A stretch of DNA of 64,000 nt from Raillietiella orientalis (Eukaryota), in contig JAYWIR010000031.1 of NCBI GenBank assembly GCA_036172245.1, positions 1,426,001-1,490,000 of the forward strand. The letters run 5' to 3'. Below are positions 49,301-60,817 of this stretch, piece after piece. The notes below the pieces were generated by a model, which was given only the letters and a program-made list of their open reading frames with translations, was not told the DNA's origin and ran no database searches. Every line of letters starts with the position of its first letter. Within the stretch, counting starts at the first letter, position 1. The position numbers were made by a program, and so were the translations under genes.

Positions 49301-52261
49301 GTTCTGGAAGAGCGAAGCTTTGGTGCATGGTTTCGAGCGTGGTCCCGGAGCAAGCAGGCAGGACCCGCTGGGGGAACCCTCCAGCGACCTTCGGAATACG
49401 GCGGTGCGATTCGCGCGCGCGCGTCCCGGAATTTAGCTATTGGGAGGAAGCGAGGGAAAGACTGACCGACTGCTCCCCGTCCGAGGGCGCTGCTTTCCGG
49501 AGCGATCCCCTGGTCTTCCAGCGAATGCAGCGGGATGCACCGTTCCTCCGGGTACCCCCCACGCTCAAACTCCGGAGGGACACCCACTCGCGTTGGGTCC
49601 CTCTCGCGTCTCCCCTCTCATAGGTGTTGCGAGCCACTACCACCGAGGTCGAAGCGAGTCTCGACGCCACAGTGGCGACTTCGGAGTGCAGGGCGGGGGC
49701 TGCAGTTCTCGTGTCTGGGTGACGGCTCCCCGCTATGTCTCGCCGAGCATGGGCGCGGGCCAGGGAGGACGTCCATGGCCGGCTCCCACGCCAGACCGAC
49801 GTCTCGAAGGAAGTGCGTGCGGAAGAGACCGCCGCCAACTCCATCATCGCGTTGCAAGTCTTCTCTCCCCTTCTTCCCATCATCATTGGCCCCTACCCAC
49901 CGCCTCTACTGCCCATCTTTTTCATCCGTGGCCTCTTCAGTGAGCGCCTTCCAGCTGCCTCCAAGCGCCCCTCCGCCCCAGGGAACAGGAAGTGCGCGCG
50001 CCTGCCCTCTAGCCTCCCCGAAGTCAGCGCACTTCCGAGGCTGTGGTTACTGCCACCTTCCGGAAGAAGATTACCGTGTTCTTCAGGGTCGAGATGACCT
50101 CTCTGGCCCACGTCAGTTCTGACCGCATCTTCAGCTCCGGTCTCATCTTCAGCTCTGACACGCTCTGCCCGGACGCCTCGCCGTTGGCTTCCTGAAGCAG
50201 GGAAAAACAAGAGAAAGGAGTATTAGGGGTGCACGTTCTCTCCCCCTCCTGCCTGCCAGCTACAGTCGACCGCACTTTTGGTCAGAAGGTCGCTGCTGAC
50301 GCCCGTCCGCTCGATCCCCTCCTTCGGCCACTCCGCGCTTGCCGAGCGCGTCCTTCGCGAGAAGAACGGGCCCGCTAGCCCTCCGCTGCTCCCTTCGTCT
50401 TCCCCGCTTCCCTTCCTTCCTCCGAGGGGACGGCGGATCGGAAGTTCCCACTCCTGTTTGGTCTGCTGGCTTCCCTCCAACCGTCCTCCGCGTCTGTGCT
50501 CCACTTCCCTTCTGCCTCTCAGGCTTCACTTCCTTGCCCTCCTCCCTGCATCTCCCTCGGTGTCGGTGTCTCTTCCTTCGCGGGCATCGGATGCTGGACC
50601 TTCTTTTGGAACCTGGAGTCTTCTTCGCGTGAGGTCGGAGGAGCGCACACTCACAAAAGAAGCCTCTTTCCGGTCCCGGAGCACGATGCGAGGAAGGTGC
50701 GTGCACGCGTATCCGAGCGCGCGAACAGTACTTAAATATATAAATAAATCGCATCTTCAGGATGCCATTTGTCGGTTCCTGTTTGCTCCCTACCGCCGAT
50801 CCATGGCGGGAATCCCCCCCCCCCGTGAGAAGAGATCCGTACTTGCAGTGACGCCACTGACAAGCGGGTGCCCAGGAACACGGGGAGCAGAAGCGACAGT
50901 AGCCGACTGCTCTCGCCTGCTCCACCTTCGTGTCTCGCTTGGCGCGCTCTGCGCATAACGCGATGAGCCACCGCGCAAGTGGAACAAGGCGGAAGATCCC
51001 GCCTTGTTCCTCGAGTCCGAGAATCGCCCTTCAGAGAGTGGGGCGTCCGGGGATTCCAGGAGGGAATGGTCTCGCCTGTGCTCTCTGCGTGGCCTCGACA
51101 AGGCGGCCGAGGCGGCAGAAGCTTTTCTCCTTCGCCGTAGGAACCACTGCCATACCCCTACGGTAGAGGGAGGGGAGGCTAACTCGGCGAGCTGGGAACG
51201 CATGGTGGCAAGAGTGCGCAAACTTTCGACCATTGGCTCAGCAACGCGTAGTGAAGGGCGGTGTTTCTGCGCGCTTGGAAAGTTGAAGGCGCGGCTGCAG
51301 GCTACGTTATCTGTCCCTTGTCAAGAGATGCTAATTAGAACAAAGATAAAACGAGCGGATTCCACGTAGGCCAACCTCCTCATTCCCAATACCGATTCAG
51401 TCAGTCTCCACTGCCGTCTGGCTCTGGGATCTGTTTGGGTTCGAGGACAGTCTCTTGAATTCATGCTTCTTCGGGAAGCATGCGTGCACTCGAAACAAAA
51501 AGGTTATCTAGCTGGCCAACTTCTCGAATGAAACTGCTGGATCAGTGCACGCTTTCCGAGTTTCAGCAGTATAAAAAATCGCAGGGTCGATCGAGACAAG
51601 TTCGATAACACGTCCCCTTGCCACTCCCGTCCATTTTTCTTTTTTTTCCTTGCTCTTTCCCTGTTAGTTCGGACTGGATCATTCCTCAGGGACATCTTCT
51701 GCAGACTTTGGCGGTTGATGCGTTTCGGTACCAAACACTGATTGATCCCAATGGCTTCCACGCGGAGCACATCCTTAATCTGTGCAAAAATTCCGCATCT
51801 CCGAGCTCGTTTCCTTTAAAATGCACATCTCGGAAAGTGCGGCGTAAGATTTGAAAAGATGAAACGTAAAAAGGATACAGAATTTAAAAGGGAACTGGGA
51901 GACCCTGACAAGCGCAAAGCGGAAACGATTTCCCGTTCACTCTGCGCACGTGTTCGGGGCGATCCTGCAAAAAAAAAAAAAAAAATGGCTGGCCTCCTCT
52001 TCCGTTAATTTGGAGCACAGCGCGTCCTTGTGCGACAGATTTTGTGGTGTTCGCGAACTGAAACGCAAATGTGCCCCTTATTAAGAAAATGCTCAAAAGC
52101 TTTCGATTTTGCGTACGTTTTCAGAGAGGCAGGAAAAGGAAAAGTGCAGTGTGTGTGTGGATGTTTCACGTCACTTCCGCAGCCGCAGAATCCGTGTGCT
52201 GCGTTGAAGGCGCTACGGCTACCTCAATGTCACTTTCAACTCGCGACACAGTCAGCGTGAT

Positions 52262-52325
52262 TTTTTCTTCTTCTTCTTCTTCTAAAACACACACACACAC
52301 ACACACGCGCGCGCGCAGACACACA
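52262..52325. repeat. Compound microsatellite (TTC)n-(CA)n-(CG)n
   Basis: Read directly: ttcttcttcttcttctt...acacacacacacacacacacgcgcgcgcgc. Confidence 0.85.
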
Positions 52326-55300
52326 CTTTCGGAAAGAGCGTTTCCCCTTCGGAAACGGAACAGATCGGAATCGCTCATCCTTCTGGGATAGACACCGATC
52401 GCAAAAAAAAAGAAAAAAAAAAAAGAAAAAAAAAAACACACCCACATATTCGTGCTAAGAGGATGAGCGCGATCAGAGGTTATTTATAGGCCTTTGTTGA
52501 TGACTCCTCCATAAATTCTAACAAGCTTATCTGCAGATTAAAAATATCGGCCTCGCTAGGAATAAATTCAGGAGGGTTATCTTGAACGAGGGAGGGAGGG
52601 AGGGGGGGGGGTGACGTCGTTCCCACTCCAGAGTTCTTTTTCTCTCCAGGGTTCGAGGGAGACCTCGGGCGACTTTCTACGATTCCCAGCCTTCGGTTTT
52701 TCCCGCGAGAAACGTGTCTCAGCATCACTTTGTCTCAGCGAAGGGCTACTTTTGCTTGCTTGGGATGAGGGAACCCCAGGGATCTGACGGAAGCAAAATA
52801 AAGTGAGGCAAGCAAACGAGAAGGGGGGCTGTTTTTCTTTCTTTCTTTTTTTTTTTTTTTGCTTTGCGCCCAGAAAAAAAAAAATCTCTGATAATTTGCT
52901 GTCTCGTTCCACGGTGCCCGATGCATCTTTGCGATCCTCGCCATCAATCATCATCCCGGAAAAGCCAAGCGAGATCCATCCAGCTTCCCGGCTTTGATCG
53001 TCCTGTACCTGCATCGCGTCGCTCGGGAAACCGGCGACTTCCCCTCATCGTGCCCATCCCTCCGTGAAAGAGTGAAAGGCGGATGCCACGCCGTTTCCGA
53101 TGGCAGCCATGGGAGCGCCTCCTCCGAAGAGCTTCTATTTATGGGTTCAGAGAGCGTACCGGCTCCATTCTAAATGTCTATTAATAGATCAGGCAACAAA
53201 GAACTCGGCAGGTTCTTCGTGGGATGCTATTGGCTGGGTGCAGCGGGGTCAGGGAGGCGCCATGATTCGGCTCCGCATTGTTCTTCCGAGAGTGTTGCGA
53301 GGTGTCTCCGCGGTATGCTTCAGCGCCACTGCCACCACCTCTCTCCCTTTCGCACTTTTTTTTTTTTTTTTTACTTTTTCGTGCGTGGTGTGGAGGGAAA
53401 GGGGAACAGGGACTTTACCGTGTTTCCAGAGAGGATGAGGGTGATTCCTGCTCGCCCCCCCCCCTTTCCTCGTCCTTTTCGAACTACCATCCCCTTCCTC
53501 GTCGGACGCGCGCGAAGTGCCCGAAATTAAGGCCGAACTACGCAAGGAGGATGGTGGTAAGGGGGAGGCTGAGAAGGGAAGGGATGGAGACGCACGCGGA
53601 AGCCTCCCTGCCTTCGAGGCGATTCCCCGGCCTCGCTGGGCACTTCCCAGGACGGGCATTGCTGGAGGCCGGCGGATGCCACGCATGATCCGGAGGCAGG
53701 AAGCTGGGTACTGCCCGGGCGAAGCGGACTGCCGCCTCTGCCCCCGGCCAGCATTCACGAAGGAGGCCGACGTCCGGACTGGGAGCGGCTGGTTCGCAGC
53801 GAAGCCACCCGCGAAAGAAGGACGCGAAGGTCAGACTACGGGGACCGGTGCTTCCGACGGTTGCGAGAACGAGGGAAGGAAGGACCGCTTCTTCCCCGTG
53901 GAGGAGGGTGGCTGCTTCCTGCCAACCACCCGCTGAGCAGGGGGAGGGCGCCCATCCCGTTCCGGACGGGGGCAGTGCGGGACTTGAACAGAGGGGTCAT
54001 CCCCACCCTTACTGCCCCGCGGCGCTCGGAGAACCACTGGGCGCTCCCTTGTCCAGTTTCCTCTCCCCCCCCAGGGCATCACGTGGTCTCGTGGCCATCC
54101 CACAAGGGACGCCCCCGCCAAACTGTGAAGGAGGAAGAAACGAGGAGTCGGACGCTCAAGGGGATGACCAGGATGGGCTGCTATGCAGACATGAGGGGGA
54201 CAGGGGGATTACCTCGTCCTCGGTCCTCGAGGGTTTGTCTCCTGCCTCTTCCCCTCGAGCAGGGACGTCGTTGGTCTCCAGGCATCGCAGGGACTCGAAC
54301 TGCTTCCTGGCGGCGTCCAGGCTCAGCCTAACCTTTCTCAGGGTCTCCTTGGTCTCCTGGGACTCCAGGAATCCCTCGGGCAGTCCCTCGTGTGCCAGAG
54401 GCCCCTCCCCCGAAGCGACTGAGGTCGTCGTCTCCCATCTAGTCTGCGGATCCACGTCCATCTCTCCTCGTCTCTCTTTCCCAGTCCTCAGGGTGGAAGC
54501 AGGATGAGAAGGCAGGTGCGGGTAGCGGCAAGGTAGAAGCTACCCCCAAACACTCGCACGTATCCATGGAAACGCCGGTGTCTCGAGAGTCCCGTGGCCC
54601 ACCTTCAAAAGGCCTGCGCGTCTGTGCGAGAGCTCCCCTGGAAGGAGCCCCCATTATCTTCCTTGCCTCCGGCGCTAGCTGGCAAGTCGTGGCTGCTGCG
54701 ACTCCGAGCCCGCACCTGCGGCGGCAGCAGCAACAGGAGAGCCTTCAGCTGCTTCCCTCCTCCACCACCACTGCACCACCTTGTGGTTGATGGCGCTTCG
54801 ATCTACGAGCCTTCCGCTCTTCCACAGCTTCCTCCCTCGTGGGTCGCCTCCGCGGGCCGCCCCTCTCGGCTCACACCTGTCGACTGATTGCTCCTGCTCC
54901 CGGAAAAGTACCCGGCGGACCTGCGAGAGCGCAGGTGAGGAAGCGGTGCCTCCTCCTCTCTGCTGGCGTCGAGATTAAATCCGGAGTCGGAGGCGGAACC
55001 ACCCTGCACACGCTGCTGCCACCCAGCGTGGGAGGCGGGGGTCGTCCCGGAACGGAGACGCTCTCTCCTCACCTTCTCCTGGCGGAGGGGACGGCGACAT
55101 GTCTCCTCAGGCAGTGACCGCGGCACAGGGGAGGAAGAGAAAAGAGAAGGACTTTTGGAAAGCACCGCACTTCCGCTCAAGGGACGAGATGGGAGGTTAC
55201 CCCCTTGAGGCTCGCCTGCGACCCTCCATCCTGCCCGCCGCCAGGCGCCGCGGCGATGCAGGGGGCCCTTGGCGAGCAGATCTTCCGACGGGAAGTCTTT

Positions 55301-56729
55301 TGTGAGACCCCTTCCTGTCTGCACTGGGACGGTGGCTGGATCACTACGCGACCCCTTCAAGGATGGATAAGGGGACGGCCGCCTTTCGGGAGCACCCGAG
55401 GTGTCACTACCCCTCGGAAGCCCACGGTCGGTAGGCAAAGGCAATGCAGAGACCACGGGGGATGGGGGTCTGAGTGTGCACGCCGGGGAGCTCCTCCCCC
55501 CTCAGAATGGGTCGCATCCCCTTCCGGTAGGAGGTCTTGGACTCCCGCCGACGTCTCTCTCCCACTGACTTGCCCAGCGGCGCTGCAGAAGGAGGCGGAG
55601 AGGTCATCTCGATCGCCTCACGGGAGAGGCGCAACCCTGAGAGGTTCCCTTGGGGGAGAACCGCGACTTCAGCCCCATGCGGAAGGGGACATTCGTGAAC
55701 CAGCCGGCGACAGTGCTCGTACCTGCCCTCCATCGGGAAGGGGAGCTCCGCTGCCCTCCGAGAGAGGATTCGGAGGAAAGCGCCACCTCGGATGGAGGGG
55801 AGCATTCCTCGGGGCGACCTCATGCCCGCGATCCACTCTCGCAATCGGAAGGGGGGGAGGGCGGGTCTCTTGTGCACAGAGAGAGAAATCTCTTAGGTGA
55901 AACAGTGGAAGAGGGAAAGGACAAATCACTGTGGACCTCCGGTCCACACTGATTCGCCAGACAGTTACGCCGGAGTCCCCTCTGTTCTCGTAGGAGGAAG
56001 AGGGGTAGGATTAGGAAGAAGAAGAGGAAGAAGGGAAGGATGAGGAAGAAGAGGAGGAAGAGAAAGGGTGTAAGAGAAAAGGAAACCTCCTCTCTCGGAA
56101 AGACTGTCGCCTTCTCGGCACGTGGCAGTCGGTAGGCGCTTGGAGGGCCTCGGGGCAGAAACGAGCCAGAATGCTCCAGGCCAGAGGACGAGCGGCACCA
56201 GCGAGGCAGTCAAGAGCAGATGAGGTACATTTTCCCAGAGGATCCGGACAGCATCGTGGAAGTGTCTGAGCACTGCCACGTTGTGGGAAAAGGCGCAACT
56301 TGCCGCTCGTCTCCCGCTCGCGTCTCGGAATGTTGGAGTCCGGGTAGGTGGGACCCAGAGAAGTGAAGGACTACAAGAAGAGATAGGGCCGGTCCACGCA
56401 GGCCTGGTGTCTTCACCTCCGGGCTTCTCACGGAGGGCTGTCGACGACGGGGGCGAGACGCAGCTGCCTCCTGGAGAGCTCAGTGAAAGGTGTGACTCCT
56501 CTACCTGGGTCTGGTGACCAGATGGGCCCTCGCAACATAGCGGAGTGCCTACGAGGTTCGGTCTGCGCAGCTGCCACCGTCACTCCTTGCGTAGCGCCCT
56601 GCTCGGAGCAGTGGAGGTGACTCTCGGGAGGGAAAGGTAGTGCAGGAAGATCGAATCCGCATCTGCTTCGGCCGAAAGGGACTTCGGGAGGGGCATTGCC
56701 CTTAACGCTGTCCAAGAGTCCGTCCACAA

Positions 56730-56877
56730 CCTCTTCCTCTTCCTTTTCTTCCTTCTTTCTCCTTCCTCCTTCTTTTCTGCCTTCCTTCATTTCCTCCCTT
56801 TCTTCTCTCCCTCCCTCTCTTCCTCTTCTTCCTCCCCCTACTCCTCTTTCTCCTCTTCTTCCTCCTCTTCCTCCTCC
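56730..56877. repeat. Polypyrimidine (CT-rich) low-complexity tract
   Basis: About 150 nt almost entirely of C/T. A purine-rich tract also occurs at ~55990-56085. Confidence 0.85.
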
Positions 56878-56989
56878 GGAACTGGGGAGGACACCGACAG
56901 CAAGTCAATGTAGACTACTGTCAGGTTCCCGTAGCAGATGAATCCTCCGTTCTCCCTTCCCTCGGTCTGACCCCGAGACTTCCTGCTCC

Positions 56990-57420
56990 AGGAGCACGTT
57001 CTCCTCCCTCCTCCAGCCGCAGTTCCTTCTTGCCGACGGGGTCGTGAGACCCTTCAGATTTTTCTACCACCCCCCGCCGAGCACGCTTGCAGACCCCGGA
57101 GCAGAAGCGCTCAGGACTCTCGGGGAAGCGTTCCGGATCCTTTTTTTCTTCCCGAACTCCCTTTCCTTCGGCCAACTCTCCCTCCCGAATTTCCCGCATC
57201 CGATCCGCCCTCTTCCTGTCTTTCCGGGAACGTGGCGTCGGATGAAGGAGGAGCTTCCGCGGGCGGCGCCGTGCCAGTCGTGCCAGGAGACGCCCCTTGG
57301 AATGTTCACCTTGGATATCTCCATCGCACGGAGGCGGTCCTCCCGCAGCGCGCCTTGCCCATAGCAACGATTCCTGGAAGACCCCCCTCCGTGAACTCAT
57401 TGGGCTGGCGGGCTCTTTGA
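56990..57420 (+). pseudogene. Decayed paralog of the ORF interrupted at 60791; represents the empty insertion site
   Basis: 57241-57374 aligns with 60706-60791 joined to 62985-63024. MKEELPRAAPCQSCQETPLGMFTLDISI matches MKEEELPPCQLC*ETPHVMLILDTSI, and IATIP follows in both. Confidence 0.65.
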
Positions 57421-60400
57421 GTCTGCTGATCCTGGCCGATTGCTTGATGCCGGCCGTGGTTCCTTCGGCCCGGACAGAGAGAGCGCGAACATTCAACCTC
57501 TCCATGACCCCCTGTAGACAGCTGCCTCGGGCTGCCGGCTGGATTTCCGGATGAAACCTTCACGAGACTCCCCAGGACCCTCTGCGCGCGGTGATTGCAA
57601 GGGGGGTGGTCTAGCGCCGATGCGAGGAGTCTGGGGAGGGGGGCAGAGGCAGGGTAACGAACCTCCATCCGACGGTGAGAATCCCGGGCGCACCACGGGA
57701 GACTCGACCACCTCGACAACCCAAGTCGAGCCTCTGGATGGTCGTGCCCGCCGCAAGGAGGCGCGGGTCCTCCTCATCTTTCTCCCCATTTTTCTCTTCC
57801 TCCTCCAAAACTGGGGAGGACACCGACATCAAGTCAGCATAGATTACTCACCGCGGCGAAAGCATCCCGAGTCAATAGAGGTGGGAGGTGGGAGGGGAAG
57901 GATCGTTTCCTGTGTTGGTCAGTGGCGCGCTTTAACCCCCCCCCCCCTTTTTCTGGGGGCAGCATGCGGAGCCGTTCCGTACGCGCGCGCGGCTCGGCTC
58001 AACCCAACCCACTGGCCACACCCACCAGAGACGGCGCCGGCGGCATGCGCAGGAGGTGCGCAGTTCGCGGCAGGAGTCCCTTCCGCACGTCCTCGGGGGT
58101 AGCGCGTGCGCGCAACTCCCACGCCGCCTCTCGGCTCCGCGGTGAGTAGGCAAGCAAGCCTCGAAGGGATAGCGCTGGGAGCTACTGGCCCCCAACTGGC
58201 TGCAGCCTCCAGCCTCCGACCGGATCTCGAGCTCCGGGAAGAGAAACGTGTGCGATCGGGCGCGACGTGGACTGCCCGCTGAGTGTGGCCCAGAGGACTT
58301 GGAAGCATTCCGAGGGGGCACAGGAGGGCGAGCACTGGGTTCTGGGGCCTTGCGCTTGGTCTCCAAGGGAGCCTCCGACTTGACACTAGCCACGCTCCGC
58401 CTTGGGTTCTCCGACTCAACACGAGCCACATTCTACCTTGGGACCCGACAAACCACGAAATACTGAAAGGACTCGAAATCTCATGGAGGAGAGCCGGAGA
58501 CTCGAAGGAGATGGAGAGAGGTAAAATCGACCACTCCAGGGGATGCGTTGGACCCGACCTACCGTGGGAGGGTGGGGAATCAACGTGGAAAATAGATCGT
58601 GGGTGTGGAAACCGCAGAAAATTTCCCTCCGCAGCAGGAATTTCCTTTGTAAACAATCCTGCGAAAATGAAGGGAAAAGATGCCTCCAGTGCTCCTGCCA
58701 GATGCTTGCTTGTGGTTTCCTGTCCGCAAAGATGACCAAAGGCGAAGACCAACGGCGCAGCATATGGACGGTAGGCGCCCAAGCATCTGTGCGAACACAA
58801 GCGCGCCGGATACTCGAAGAGTTGCCATCCCCGGAGGACTGATGGACACGTGAGGCGCAAAGTGGTCCTTCTCCTTGGCAACGTGGACACTTCTCTTGAT
58901 CAGATTCGGTCGGAAAAGGAGCTCTGGCACGCATCGAATACTGGACCGGTCAAGGAGTGTCGCGATCCTCCAAGCAGAAGGGCAAAGGAATGTTCCTGTG
59001 CTGACTGCTCGGAGGGGTGTCGCCCGTGCGCCGCCAGACGAGGCGGGCAACTTCGCCGCGAAGAGCTCCTCGAGCTGCTAAACATCTTCGGATCGAGTCT
59101 CCGGGACCACTCCGAGCAAGGTGGGCCATGAAAAGCACGACGCCTTCACACGCATATGTTGAAGCATATGTTATTACCCGGCATTTCTCAACCGAAAAAG
59201 ATCACCCCGAGGGGTGCACTAAGAAACGCGCAGTCTCTGGATGGACAGGCATCCGAAAGGATGCAAGTGTGCTGGACGCTCGAAGAGCCAGAGTAACCTC
59301 AGGAGGATATGGCGCGCAATGGACGCAGGAGGAGTAGAGGTCAGCATGCAGTTCAGGTGAGAATCCTCTCCTGCTTCCGCTTCTTGTACGCCGGCGATCA
59401 CCTGCTTGCTCCAGCCGCCCTGCACGGGCGCTGCTCGGTTGACCGTGCGGGCGGGCGGCTGCCAGCAGGAAGCAGCAGGGGATGCGTGCAGGGGGCGCTC
59501 GGCACGGGAAGGGTGCATCCTGAACCGTGGCGGGCGAGATTCCAGCTTGCTCGCTGAGGGGTGTGACCACCTGAACTGTTGCATCGAGAGTGGGAGTCGG
59601 TGGTCCCCGGGAACGGCCGACACAGGGAGTAAGACCAAGCCGGGAATCCGGCAGCCGGACCTCGTTCCTTTCCAGGGCGGATCATCGTGCTGGACGGTGA
59701 CTGCCCATGCGAGAGCGCGGCAACAGTGCCAGAGGAAGCGCAGCGAAGGGAAGGAACCGCGTGCGGGGGGGGACCTCGGTCCTCTCCCATCTGTTCGCCG
59801 ACAGAAGACCTCGGCTAGGGAGCTGGCGGCAGGGTCCTCGGGAGACGAAGATTGACGGGAAGTTCAGGTATCGTCGTCTCGACGGTCCTCGCGCATGCGG
59901 GTCGAAAAACCCGACGAGGAGGAGGGTGGCGTACCAGTGCTGCCGGGATGCTTACTGGGGTCGGAACGACCTACCGACGGCGAGCCCCCGGAAGGATGAC
60001 CAGAAGACGGGAGTCGGGGAGGGTCCCCTGGACCCTACAACTTTCACTGCCCTCACGGAAAGCTGACTGAACCACCCACATGTGAAGAATAAGCCGACGA
60101 ACCCGGACCCCCCTCGCCCCCCCTCCTTCCACGGAGAGCGCCGTTGCCCGGGAGAGATGCTGTTTCCTGCCCAATCGAGCGTGCGATCCCGCCTCTGCGA
60201 GAGTAGGCTGGACGAAATCTCCACGGCAACCCACGGTCCATCGCCGTTTCCCGAAGCGGTCGTTCCTCCCGCCCACCTCCTGTCCTGCAATGGCCGGCGC
60301 GCGCGAGCGCCTGGCTCCGGGAAAGAGCGCGCCTCCCTTCCTGGGACTCTCCGGCATCCCCTGCTTGGACCGGGGTCCACCTGGAAGAGAGTGCCGCTGC

Positions 60401-60782
60401 ATACTTCCCGTCTTGCACCAAGTGGTCTGGCCGTCCCGCGCCCCTCGCGGTTGCCTCAGTCCGCACGCCTCCTCCTCGCATCACCCGAATCCCCTCCGCC
60501 ACGATGGGAGGGTTGTGGACCCGAGGGAGAACGCCCGTGACGATGCTCAGATGTGCTGCGAGTCCATCCTGTGCGGAAGGATCGCCACAAGAGGCCCTGA
60601 GCAGGTGCGCGCCCTGAAAGCGGTCCTTCTCACGAACCCCGGAAACTGCTGCTCCTTGGGCTCGACACGCCGGCAGCCGGACCCGGCTCTCCAGGACGAG
60701 GGTCAGATGAAGGAGGAGGAGCTTCCTCCATGTCAGCTGTGCTAGGAGACGCCACATGTAATGCTCATTCTGGATACCTCTA

Positions 60783-60791
60783 TCGGATGGG
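60783..60791 (+). repeat. Left target-site duplication TCGGATGGG
   Basis: An identical 9-mer lies at 62976-62984. The paralog has a single equivalent (TCGCACGGA, 57324-57332). Confidence 0.85.
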
Positions 60792-60793
60792 GA

Positions 60794-60817
60794 CTTTTGG
60801 CTAAGATCAAAGTGTAG
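60794..60817 (+). pseudogene. U2 snRNA fragment (nt 14-37) forming the 5' junction of the retrotransposon
   Basis: Exact CTTTTGGCTAAGATCAAAGTGTAG, directly abutting RT-coding sequence. Confidence 0.92.

Noticed and set aside
47900..60200. Long ORF-track entries such as 47916..48845, 48358..49209 and 57919..58890
   Set aside because: They overlap on both strands, are rich in Arg/Pro/Gly/Ser, and show no domains. This is expected from stop-codon scarcity in GC-rich DNA.
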